Shown: positions 30,801-38,586 of the stretch, one piece after another
Position numbering within the stretch: the first letter of the stretch is position 1
Layout: the number at the start of each line of letters is the position of its first letter
Origin: a virus
DNA: 64,000 nt
IMG/VR virus record: IMGVR_UViG_3300037808_000992
Span: 36,985 to 100,984 of that record
Reading direction: 5' to 3' (one strand)
Notes under the pieces: generated by a model
Told to the model about the DNA's origin: nothing
The model's database searches: none
Seen by the model: the letters and a program-made list of their open reading frames with translations, nothing else
Program-made: the position numbers and the translations under genes

Positions 30801-32963
30801 GAGAAAAATCTTAGGGTAGTCGGGTGTACCTTTAAACGTATTCGACAAGCATTTGCTTTTACCGGTATAAGTGTTTACACACAAAGTCTTGCAGCCCCAC
30901 TCGTTCAATACGACAACATAGAAATTAAAAATAATACGTTTAATTTAATTTTTAATGAGATTATCTATTCGGGGGATGCACTGACTAACCCCGCTACTGA
31001 ATTAAGTCGGCGTTATGGAATTGCTAACTTTCAATACAGTAACAATAGCCACACAGATTGTGGGAGTGATCTTAATGCAGCCGGGGAAGGATTAATTAAT
31101 GTAACAGCTAAAACTGTGACCATAGATTCTAACACCTTCCACACTTCCTCCCCCAGCAATGGGCTTTCAGGAGGTACTGCTGCGAACCCCAATCGCATTA
31201 TTTATATGGAGGGGGGCGTGGGCGCACTTACCCTTACCAATAATAAATTTGTAGATTCTTATAACGTTAATGGAACCCTTAATACGATTGAGATTAGTGT
31301 AGGCGCAGACTACCAAAAGATGATCATCAGTAATAATGTTATCTCCACTGATAATGCAGCACTCTTTGGAGGCACTACTGCTGTCCAAAACGGTATTTTG
31401 TTTAACACTTACGTCGATTTGGACAACACTAGTTACAACACCACAACTCTTGTATTAACAGATAATAAATTTGTGCCTCGGAATCCTAATTTTGTAGTGT
31501 TAGCGTCACAGGATTCTGGCGCTCCAATTATTGGAGATCCGAACAAGTTAGATGAGCAGTGGGAGTGGTCGAGCATAGACGCCCAGAATAATTACTTCCG
31601 CGCCAGAGTAACTGACAATACTAACTTTGATGATTATTCAAACAATGCACAGTACCCTGTAGAACTTCAGGGGGCTCCTGTTGTAGGCACCATAAATGTT
31701 GTTCAAAACTTCTTAGGTGCTTCGGCCAATAGTATGGCTTTTACAAATTCGTTTGTGGCCCTGTTAGATCTTAGGCGGTGCAGTTCCCACTCCGATTATC
31801 CACACACAGTAAACATTTCAAATAATCTATTTCATATAGATGAACCAAGCTGGGGTCATGTACCTACTGATTTTGACATGCAATCAATTATTGGTTGTCG
31901 CATTAGCAAGTGGCCATCTACTATCTTAGTGAGTAATAACACGTTTGTAGGAGCCCCCCTCATTCTCCGGTACGTGTACAAAAGCCCAAGAGATGGAGTA
32001 CAGTACATCAACGGAAGTTGTAAACGTGTGATCGACATCACCGGTAATACTTTTGAATCCTTGTCTCAGTACAATTTAAAAACGCTCGTTGATGTAGTGC
32101 CTGCATCAGGATTTGAGGGGAAAGCTTCTAGGGCCGGTACATCACCTGAGCTTATTAGTGCCTACGCCAAACTTACGTTTAACGATAATCAGATCCTTGG
32201 TGATATAGCTAGTTTAGACGGGGCTACTCTAAGTGAGCAATCTAGTGTTGTTAGGTTCTGGCATCTAAACAGCGAGACAATAGTAGACGCTGCAACCCTT
32301 GCTAACCCCGCTTTGCCTACAGAAGAATACTATGATGAGTATGTTCCAGCCGTAGTTACGGGCGATAACAGGGGAGTGGCATCGGCTGGTTTAATGTACG
32401 ATTGGCAGATCCAAAATAATAAACTACTTAACAGTTTCTTCTACCTTGATGAGCAAATTGGTGGTTTTTGTTTAAACCTAATGGTTCGGTTTTCTGCTTA
32501 TATCTTGACTACTGTCCCTCCTGCGGCCCCCGCTTACCTTCTAGTTTGGAGAGATTTTAATAACAACAGCAGCACTAGCACACACCCCAATTACGGAGTT
32601 ATTGTTGTAGAGAACAACAATAAAACAAACAAATCGACCGTTCTTAACGCCCTAAATATATTCGGACTTACCAACAGGCAGGGGATGGCTAGACTATTTT
32701 TAGGGAGTTTACGGGGAGGCGGCACCTTACAAGGTCTTAATCAGATGACGGCTGCGGAGACACCTCTCGGGGGAGGTCCTTATACTAATGAGTCTTATAA
32801 TTATTACCCGTACACTTCTGGTGTAGTTGTGTTTAATAACGCGGCGCTCACCATCAAAGAGCCGCACATGGCCGAAGCGTCTCTCATTGTACAAAACAAC
32901 TCAGGCTCTTTTGGCGCACTTGGAGCCAAGAGCGCATTCTGGGGTTCATCTATCAATCTATAG
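27867..32963 (+). CDS. Tail fibre/tailspike with right-handed beta-helix (putative receptor-binding depolymerase), 1698 aa
   Basis: GGIIYVKRGNY...IKSNTVVMGEGPGITNI beta-helix cap followed by many I(S/T)NNxF-type rungs. Confidence 0.75.
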   Translation: MPKELNIVPNERIDLDDFKYGTSTFTVDSLRDHVNRLMSGDYRGGFVLEGFRIETTNTLREIVVHNGVAIDRFGRLVTAEDDPFTKNTDLQQAYTFSETVGAPVNHFVMIEFEFADSDLKQRVVWDPTFPNPDIVDSDNDFVPAPKGKEFSIDIPVRRAKLWKIVTTSGAGTGFTDSTDPNTLRIPIAIIPVTTDALGGIDIPVADTEKPRTTVMEKPGTDNQSDLVVANSRVIQDNDSIKILNYRTGTPRTFTVGGVPGIEDIPYAFNDRDNNELSALSVGGGMLDVEIGDIIVNASDPTLNFLKEGCRYDCRPMFFSFTDPTSATAEPLSDPEQETRNMRFLSGESLLRHTNIGTAPWNTETGYPSSTATYQRVVEEFPERAEDRLKQKQDFFRALAAIVREMKYGEETDIANNHAVSAGIAYGTTTETNTESKFGLLIANGSIPEGEITTSLIGSIIVCTAGAAVGERKEIKSVSAPTNATATHQQYIVETTPFSVPITPGAFEFSIEKRIDKTTKYVDNYRTGTLNEVYRARIDRISNTWSNDLQERLRINKIPIVTVGDGYKSFGDYNGNQGLEQAFSDVAVLGDGGIIYVKRGNYSLAAAGPVVIKSNTVVMGEGPGITNIVFGDESTYFSFDPELGLLSTKIENIIFKDISITAADVADVTIAGKGKIFQHVGWAIPLENFQLDNVHFKGGSVYLATGASPGLTYRYIGDILSNGNFKANKNIVFKDSIFSVEGGGFNLVSCRNVKIQNCTFQSENDDFAFVGMSEGIVLDGNDPWGPGGAFYGSTTTALALGEVSISDCKFLGTQTAMAPFSVPTRGWIFATPEYEGSPVSVNNCQFIGDRVGLNNPGVVGERPITHADSRAGAAIHFASISELLVKGCLIHTHLYGVVAPATVATIESTDFFENTWGVVLGNDSTSSLWNYSGLGAAWTLSDIADVSVLGCNFFGSGTLLSPTPSSTGFQVWKFDSTSDEKNLRVVGCTFKRIRQAFAFTGISVYTQSLAAPLVQYDNIEIKNNTFNLIFNEIIYSGDALTNPATELSRRYGIANFQYSNNSHTDCGSDLNAAGEGLINVTAKTVTIDSNTFHTSSPSNGLSGGTAANPNRIIYMEGGVGALTLTNNKFVDSYNVNGTLNTIEISVGADYQKMIISNNVISTDNAALFGGTTAVQNGILFNTYVDLDNTSYNTTTLVLTDNKFVPRNPNFVVLASQDSGAPIIGDPNKLDEQWEWSSIDAQNNYFRARVTDNTNFDDYSNNAQYPVELQGAPVVGTINVVQNFLGASANSMAFTNSFVALLDLRRCSSHSDYPHTVNISNNLFHIDEPSWGHVPTDFDMQSIIGCRISKWPSTILVSNNTFVGAPLILRYVYKSPRDGVQYINGSCKRVIDITGNTFESLSQYNLKTLVDVVPASGFEGKASRAGTSPELISAYAKLTFNDNQILGDIASLDGATLSEQSSVVRFWHLNSETIVDAATLANPALPTEEYYDEYVPAVVTGDNRGVASAGLMYDWQIQNNKLLNSFFYLDEQIGGFCLNLMVRFSAYILTTVPPAAPAYLLVWRDFNNNSSTSTHPNYGVIVVENNNKTNKSTVLNALNIFGLTNRQGMARLFLGSLRGGGTLQGLNQMTAAETPLGGGPYTNESYNYYPYTSGVVVFNNAALTIKEPHMAEASLIVQNNSGSFGALGAKSAFWGSSINL

Positions 32964-32987
32964 TTTTTAACAAAAAAGGAGATTTCA

Positions 32988-33332
32988 ATGTCTGAGGTAC
33001 TTTTCTCATTATCGCTATCTTTAGCTATTTTAGGTTGTGTTATTTACGGCGTTACCGCTGTACTTAAATCATTACTTCCCACCGAGTGGAGAACTAAAAC
33101 ACGTCTAGGGAAGTCATCTACTCTAGCTATCCCAATCGTTTTGGGTGGCGTCTTAGGTATGCTTGCTATGCCTGGGTTAGTCCACGCTGTTAATGGGCTT
33201 ACAGGAAGCTCTGCAGAGATGATGGCGGACGTATCTATGCAAGCATCTTTTGTTATGGGTTTGTTTGCAGGCACCTTTGCAACCCAATTGCATAACACGA
33301 TTCGTATGAAAATCTCTAAGGAAGGAGAATGA
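32988..33332 (+). CDS. Holin-like membrane protein (about 3 TM segments)
   Basis: 114 aa, hydrophobic segments, charged C-term, AAGGAG SD, follows fibre genes. Confidence 0.55.
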   Translation: MSEVLFSLSLSLAILGCVIYGVTAVLKSLLPTEWRTKTRLGKSSTLAIPIVLGGVLGMLAMPGLVHAVNGLTGSSAEMMADVSMQASFVMGLFAGTFATQLHNTIRMKISKEGE

Positions 33333-33721
33333 TCTCCGTCATTGGCACAATCAGCGAGTGGGCTAAACATACAGTTTTTTCCACTCGCTGGTGGAAAGAG
33401 CATTGGTGGGTACCGTTTGTATTTCTTTTTGGTGTTGTAGTGTGGTTACTCACTAAAGGTAGAAATAGCCCGGTTAGGAAAGTATCTGAGCGGATTAATA
33501 AGATTCGTAAAAAGGAACGCGAAGAGATTGATCGGGTTAAAATAGAGACGGCTCAACTAAATGCCAAAATCGATGATGAAGCTCGTGAAAAGATTAAGAA
33601 TGCCGTCGCAGAAACTAAAAAGATGATGGACGATTCTGAAGATCAAAATGAAAAGTTTAAAGACATCGTAAAAGATAACAGTGAAGCCATTAACAAAGCA
33701 CTTAACGACGTAATTAAATAG
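33329..33721 (+). CDS. Membrane-anchored coiled-coil protein (i-spanin-like)
   Basis: TM WWVPFVFLFGVVVWLL followed by charged coiled coil. Confidence 0.4.
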   Translation: MISVIGTISEWAKHTVFSTRWWKEHWWVPFVFLFGVVVWLLTKGRNSPVRKVSERINKIRKKEREEIDRVKIETAQLNAKIDDEAREKIKNAVAETKKMMDDSEDQNEKFKDIVKDNSEAINKALNDVIK

Positions 33722-33794
33722 TTATAGTTGGACAATTTTCTTATTTTTAAGTAATCACAATATCTGATTTTTTAAAATTTTGGAGGAACTAAAC

Positions 33795-34124
33795 ATGAGT
33801 TTAGTAAAAATCATTAACGTCCTAGTTCTCATCATCGGTCTGTGCGTCTGCGGATGCAAAACAGACGACGACGCTAAGAGTGAGAATAAGGACGACGTAG
33901 TTGAAGAAGGAACTACTGACGGCGACGATGTAGTTGAAGAAGAGGCCACTGAGGCTCCCAAAGAAGACGAGGACGCCACGGCAACAGAAGAAGATGCCGG
34001 GGAAGAAAAGGTCGAAGAGGATACTGGGGAAGAAAAGACCGAAGAAGACGATGCTAAATCTGAAGAAGATGAGGTAGACTCGGGAGAAGCCCCTAAAGAA
34101 GAGGCTACAGACGGTTCTGAATAA
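33795..34124 (+). CDS. Putative lipoprotein with highly acidic low-complexity body
   Basis: GGAGG SD; signal MSLVKIINVLVLIIGLCVCGC (lipobox-like); E/D-rich repeats. Confidence 0.55.
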   Translation: MSLVKIINVLVLIIGLCVCGCKTDDDAKSENKDDVVEEGTTDGDDVVEEEATEAPKEDEDATATEEDAGEEKVEEDTGEEKTEEDDAKSEEDEVDSGEAPKEEATDGSE

Positions 34125-34140
34125 CATATAGAGAGATATT

Positions 34141-34572
34141 ATGCAGAAAGTAATTTCTGTTATCTTGGTGCTCATGTTCTCAAATGCTGTTTATGCGGAT
34201 GAGATCAAGCTTTATAAAAAGGGCACCCGTATAACATTTAAAGAAGATACCCATTGTATGGACAACGATACCGCTTTAAGTATCGTCGGGAAGCTAAAGC
34301 TGTGCCCAGAGCAGTGTGAGATTAAGCTCAAAGGGCTAAGTGCTGTTCATAAAATAGAATTAGAGGCGCTGTCTAAGAAGTTGGGTCTTCAAAAAGAATC
34401 CTTCCTCAAGATAGTGGCGGCTAAGGACATCACTATAGACAAGCTTAATACGGAAGCGTTAGTAGCGGCTTCAGAGAAAAGCTCTCAGTGGTGGAAGACG
34501 ACCCTTTATATTACTACAGGCTTGGTTCTTGGTGCAGGGATTGCGATTGGCACCTCTTACCTAACTGAATGA
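34141..34572 (+). CDS. Exported coiled-coil protein with C-terminal TM helix (spanin-like)
   Basis: Signal peptide ending AVYA; coiled coil; C-term hydrophobic YITTGLVLGAGIAIG. Confidence 0.45.
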   Translation: MQKVISVILVLMFSNAVYADEIKLYKKGTRITFKEDTHCMDNDTALSIVGKLKLCPEQCEIKLKGLSAVHKIELEALSKKLGLQKESFLKIVAAKDITIDKLNTEALVAASEKSSQWWKTTLYITTGLVLGAGIAIGTSYLTE

Positions 34573-34967
34573 TTACCGCTTACCTTTTGTCGGGTAAAGA
34601 CGGGGAACAGAGTATGCTTATCGCTTTAGATGAGTTGTTTCCTGAGTGTAAGACTTTAACCAAAGACACAGAACTCTCTAGATTAAGTTGCTGGACTCTT
34701 CCAGGCAGTTGTCACCGAGGGTCTTTCACAACTTGTATGACCTCTGTGGTAGATCGGGCTTATAAGATTTTTGCGGGGATGCCTGAACTCCACCTTATTA
34801 TACTCCACTGGGAAGGTTCGCATAAGAAGGCACCCGACAAGTTGAGACGGTGGGGTCTTATAATAGAGCGTGATGAGAATAAAGAGATGAAGATCTCAAC
34901 CCTTAACAAGTGGGCTGTAAGCTCTATAGAAGCCCGACTGGGTGAAAAGTACCGTATCAGTTTTTAA
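34569..34967 (+). CDS. Hypothetical protein
   Basis: 132-aa ORF, ATGA overlap. Confidence 0.55.
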   Translation: MITAYLLSGKDGEQSMLIALDELFPECKTLTKDTELSRLSCWTLPGSCHRGSFTTCMTSVVDRAYKIFAGMPELHLIILHWEGSHKKAPDKLRRWGLIIERDENKEMKISTLNKWAVSSIEARLGEKYRISF

Positions 34968-34970
34968 TAC

Positions 34971-34998
34971 TTGACAAGTATTATTATAGTAGTATAGT
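34971..34998 (+). promoter_or_regulatory. sigma70-type promoter, probably leaderless for helicase
   Basis: TTGACA-N16-TATAGT, then GGGGGT and GTG start at 35005. Confidence 0.7.
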
Positions 34999-35004
34999 GG
35001 GGGT

Positions 35005-36465
35005 GTGAGTATCCAATTAAACATCTACCCGAATTACACCTTTATCTCAGGTACCTTTGATCCAGACGTTGTTGATCAAGCCACTCGTTTTAGAAAGAGT
35101 GGTTATCGGCATTCGACCGCTTTTAAAAATAGAGGTTGGGACGGTTATACTCGGTTGTTCAGTAAACCTAAGAGTGCGTTTCCCACGGGTCTTAAAGATC
35201 GGGTTATTCGAATTTATAAAAAGAAGTACCCTAAGGCAGTTTTCGATTTACAAGATCATAGAAATTTTAAGAAAACCAAAAAGATCACTACCAAGACACC
35301 TTCATTAGTTGGGATAACTCTAAGGCCCCATCAACTGCGTGCGTGTAATTCAATGCTTAAGAAGAAGCATGGGGTTTTGTGGGCGAGCACTAATTCAGGA
35401 AAAACTGAATGTGCCATTGCGGTCATTAAAACCTTAAACCTTCCTACCTTATTTTTGGTTAAAGGAAAGGATCTTGTTTTACAAACCTACGAACGTTTTA
35501 AAGCCCGTTTAGGGAGTGACGTAGACGTGGGTATCATCATGGCTGACAAATGGGATCTGCGTAAGTTTACGATAGCCTCAGCCGATACTTTAGCCCGTCG
35601 CTTTAGCCCCACACGAATCACATCTAAATCTGGTGAGAATCAGAGAAAGGTACGTGAGCTATTAGATGACACTCAGGTAATGATTATAGACGAGTGCCAT
35701 AACAGTGCGGCCACTGGGCTTTGGAATATTGGTAGGTACTGCAAAGCTTCCTACCGGTTTGGTCTCAGCGGTACCCCGTTTAAGCGTGGGGATAAACAAG
35801 ACTTAAAACTCATCGCCCTCACGGGAGAGGTGTGCTGCAAGGTGACTAATAAAGAAATGATTGAGCATGGGATCAGTGCTCCTACTGAGATTAAATTTGT
35901 AGAGATAGAACGCCCGAAGCTGGATGCTTACCTAGAGTATGCAGACGCTTACAATGCAGGAGTCTGTAATAACACTTACCGTAACCATGTGATTTGTAGA
36001 GCCACAGAACAATTTTATGATGTCGGTAAGAATGTATTGATCATCGTCAAAAATATCAGCCACGGTAACTTACTCGATAGAATGTTAGATGATTTCAAAC
36101 CTACAGCGTTCATGCCTCATAAGTTTATCCATGGGGACACACCTATTGAAGAGCGCACTGATGCTATTCAAGATTTTAAGAACGGAGTCTTCAAGGTACT
36201 CATCACCAGCAGCATCTTAGATCAGGGAGTAGACATTCCTAATATTGATGTCTTGGTTTTTGCAGCCGCTGGAAAAAGTTATATCCGCGCTATTCAGCGA
36301 GTAGGACGTGGTTTAAGAATAAACGAGGGTAAGGATAAACTTACGGTAATTGATTTTTGCGACAAAACTCACCGCTATTTAGCAAAGCATAGTATTGAGC
36401 GTATCTCTGCGTATAATAAAGAGGATTGTTTCACACTAAGTTTTGTAGATGAGATGGATATATGA
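35005..36465 (+). CDS. SF2 DEAD/DEAH helicase (UvsW-like)
   Basis: LRPHQ, STNSGKT, IIDECH, GLSGTP, DQGVDIP, IQRVGRGLR. Confidence 0.92.
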   Translation: MSIQLNIYPNYTFISGTFDPDVVDQATRFRKSGYRHSTAFKNRGWDGYTRLFSKPKSAFPTGLKDRVIRIYKKKYPKAVFDLQDHRNFKKTKKITTKTPSLVGITLRPHQLRACNSMLKKKHGVLWASTNSGKTECAIAVIKTLNLPTLFLVKGKDLVLQTYERFKARLGSDVDVGIIMADKWDLRKFTIASADTLARRFSPTRITSKSGENQRKVRELLDDTQVMIIDECHNSAATGLWNIGRYCKASYRFGLSGTPFKRGDKQDLKLIALTGEVCCKVTNKEMIEHGISAPTEIKFVEIERPKLDAYLEYADAYNAGVCNNTYRNHVICRATEQFYDVGKNVLIIVKNISHGNLLDRMLDDFKPTAFMPHKFIHGDTPIEERTDAIQDFKNGVFKVLITSSILDQGVDIPNIDVLVFAAAGKSYIRAIQRVGRGLRINEGKDKLTVIDFCDKTHRYLAKHSIERISAYNKEDCFTLSFVDEMDI

Positions 36466-36836
36466 CCCTTTACGACCTAGCACAGGGCGACGAGATCCTT
36501 ATTGAACTCAGGCAAGATTCTCCTGCGGTACACGTTTACCAAAAATCACAAAAGAACCTATACAAGACAGATAAAAATTCAGTTAGGTATGAAAAGGGAT
36601 CTTTTGTGAGAGCAGAAGGAAGCGTAATTTCTAATTCTAACAAAGTAATAAAAATGAACTTTGTAGATACTGTAAATATGAACAAGTTCGGAACTGCAGA
36701 GATAGACTATATCTCTATTAAGTCAGTGTATCTTTTCGAGGGGGAGACTACACAGCCGTTTGCCGACACCCAAGATCCAGGCACCGGACGTGTCCCTTTG
36801 AAGGTCTATAGAACAAAGGTAAAAATAGTATGGTAG
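36462..36836 (+). CDS. Hypothetical protein, paralogue of 37415..37855
   Basis: Collinear similarity visible by eye. Confidence 0.55.
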   Translation: MTLYDLAQGDEILIELRQDSPAVHVYQKSQKNLYKTDKNSVRYEKGSFVRAEGSVISNSNKVIKMNFVDTVNMNKFGTAEIDYISIKSVYLFEGETTQPFADTQDPGTGRVPLKVYRTKVKIVW

Positions 36837-37402
36837 CGAGTATCAAAGATCCGAAGTCCATAGATTTCATACATAAAATACACATGGCTGATTTGAAAAA
36901 AGGAGGGGGCAAAGGGACTGATAGTATGAGCTTAATCAACCCTTCCTACCTAACTGTTGTGGGTGGCGTAGCTCAGCATTCAAACAAAGAAATATCTCAG
37001 TATTTAGCGCGTAGGAACGCAGGGGTAGAGAAGCTCTACTACAACAGCGGAGCCGTACTAAACCCAAAAGCTAGTTTTGAACTGGTAGATTTAGAGAAGT
37101 TTAAGTTACTTTGCTCAGGTACCAGAGATACACATTTCGTAGGAGTGGCTCTTACATCCAACACCACCCCTATCTTTGGGGCGACTGCGGCAATTGTCTC
37201 AGAGCATCTCTGTGATTTTAAGTGGAGTTGCTCTGAAGGCTCTACTGAAGAAGCTTTATTAAGGCGTATAAAAAAAGAGATTTCTTTCACCTTCGATGCT
37301 TTAGGCAAAGGTCCGACTCCTGAAGTAATTCAGCAGTGTTTTTCAGTAGGTCACAAGCCTACTTTTTATTCTTCTATTATCGTGGGCGCACTAGCTTTTT
37401 AG
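36830..37402 (+). CDS. Hypothetical protein
   Basis: 190-aa ORF in operon. Confidence 0.55.
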   Translation: MVASIKDPKSIDFIHKIHMADLKKGGGKGTDSMSLINPSYLTVVGGVAQHSNKEISQYLARRNAGVEKLYYNSGAVLNPKASFELVDLEKFKLLCSGTRDTHFVGVALTSNTTPIFGATAAIVSEHLCDFKWSCSEGSTEEALLRRIKKEISFTFDALGKGPTPEVIQQCFSVGHKPTFYSSIIVGALAF

Positions 37403-37414
37403 AGGAGTATTCAG

Positions 37415-37855
37415 ATGCCTTTACCCCCTACCTCAGACACCTACATCAATATTAAGGATGTAGGTGCTACAGATATTATCGAGATTACTCTCTACTCCTC
37501 ACATCCGTTGGAGTATGAGCAATATAAAAAGGGTCGCTTCCGTTGGGCTATCATGGACCAACCGCCCAATAGTGCCAAGGCGGGATACACCACAAAATTA
37601 ACGGGGTCGGTCTCCCAAAACGATCTTACAAATAAGGCCATCCACGTCGTTGGGTCCCCTATGTCAATATACGGCTGGTCAGGTACCCCATTGATGGATG
37701 GTCATTGGGGAGGTCCTCACCTTCCCGCTGTTCCGGCAGAGATCCCCTGGAACTACATCAAAGAGTCTTGGGTGCTTAAAGACTTTGTAGTCAGTATTGG
37801 ATCCCCTCCTACAGAGCGAGCCAGGACAAAGAAACTCAAAGTAATTTTTAGATGA
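37415..37855 (+). CDS. Hypothetical protein, paralogue of 36462..36836
   Basis: GAGGAG SD; collinear similarity. Confidence 0.6.
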   Translation: MPLPPTSDTYINIKDVGATDIIEITLYSSHPLEYEQYKKGRFRWAIMDQPPNSAKAGYTTKLTGSVSQNDLTNKAIHVVGSPMSIYGWSGTPLMDGHWGGPHLPAVPAEIPWNYIKESWVLKDFVVSIGSPPTERARTKKLKVIFR

Positions 37856-38262
37856 TTAAACTTTTATACAATAAAGGAAACGATACCGTTGAGCTTCATT
37901 ACGCAGGGCACCCTGAATTCACGGCGTATCTACGAAACAACCTAAAGAACGATTTACGAGTTTGGGTGCCTCAATCAATGTGTTGGGTAGTTGTTTCAGA
38001 AGCTCTTAATGAGCTTCTGCCGATTATAGAACAAGAGTTTGATGATGTCGATATTAAAAATTTACCCAAGGATTTCGATAAGCCTAAGAAGTCTAGAAGT
38101 GTTTCTGACTTGGGGAGGTTGCACCTTACTGAAGATGCTCCTGAGTTTTTAATAGCGCCGACGTATAAGCGATTGGTAAAGCAGTATCACCCCGAAGGGG
38201 ATTTACCTGACGAAGATAAATTCCAAACGGTACGAGATGCTTACGAGAGATTGAAAAAATAG
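37852..38262 (+). CDS. HARP-like domain fused to J-domain with HPE variant motif
   Basis: RVWVPQSMCWVV; LHLTEDAP...YKRLVKQYHPEG...KFQTVRDAYERLK. Confidence 0.7.
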   Translation: MIKLLYNKGNDTVELHYAGHPEFTAYLRNNLKNDLRVWVPQSMCWVVVSEALNELLPIIEQEFDDVDIKNLPKDFDKPKKSRSVSDLGRLHLTEDAPEFLIAPTYKRLVKQYHPEGDLPDEDKFQTVRDAYERLKK

Positions 38263-38281
38263 CCCGTCTAGGGAGACGGGC
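38254..38281 (-). terminator. Intrinsic terminator, minus strand
   Basis: GCCCGTCT/AGACGGGC 8-bp stem with A-run 38254-38259 (U-tract on minus strand). Confidence 0.7.
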
Positions 38282-38360
38282 CATAGTGGGGAAATGTTTT
38301 CAGGGGAGGAAAGTGAAGGGGGGGAGTCTCCCTAAAAACTCGCATGGCGACAGCCACCGT
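38254..38360 (-). ncRNA. Candidate C/U-rich small RNA
   Basis: Minus TTGACT 38392-38387 (weak -10), CUCCCC-rich body, terminator 38254-38281. Confidence 0.4.
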
Positions 38361-38461
38361 TTAACTAGGAGGTACTCCCCAATCAAAGTCAAGATAATTT
38401 TTTGGTAAACTTTACTAAGACCTTGAAATTATTAAGATAGTTTATAAATAGGAAGATCATC

Positions 38462-38490
38462 TTGACACGGGGATAACTCATCGTTACTTT
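38462..38490 (+). promoter_or_regulatory. sigma70-type promoter for rep operon
   Basis: TTGACA-N17-TACTTT; inverted repeat TGATCG-AGAG-CGATCA (38490-38505) at the start site. Confidence 0.55.
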
Positions 38491-38506
38491 GATCGAGAGC
38501 GATCAT

Positions 38507-38586
38507 AAAAAAAGGCCCGTGCAGCTACACACTACACGGACCCAAAACAATTTATACCTAAAGGGAGGTACAAATGAATGTTCGTA
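38507..38586 (-). ncRNA. Candidate antisense RNA to rep translation-initiation region
   Basis: Minus promoter TTGCAA(38619-38614)-N16-TATAAT(38597-38592); two hairpins fully paired only on the minus strand (G-U); U7 terminator. Confidence 0.65.

Noticed and set aside
18615-32963. Diversity-generating retroelement targeting fibre genes
   Set aside because: No reverse transcriptase and no TR/VR repeat pair noticed
33860-34115. GAAGAAGA / GACGATGCTAA-type nucleotide repeats
   Set aside because: Explained by the acidic low-complexity protein they encode
38414-38445. TAAGACCTTGAAATTATT as a dif/Xer-like site
   Set aside because: Only a half-site resemblance and no tyrosine recombinase in the window
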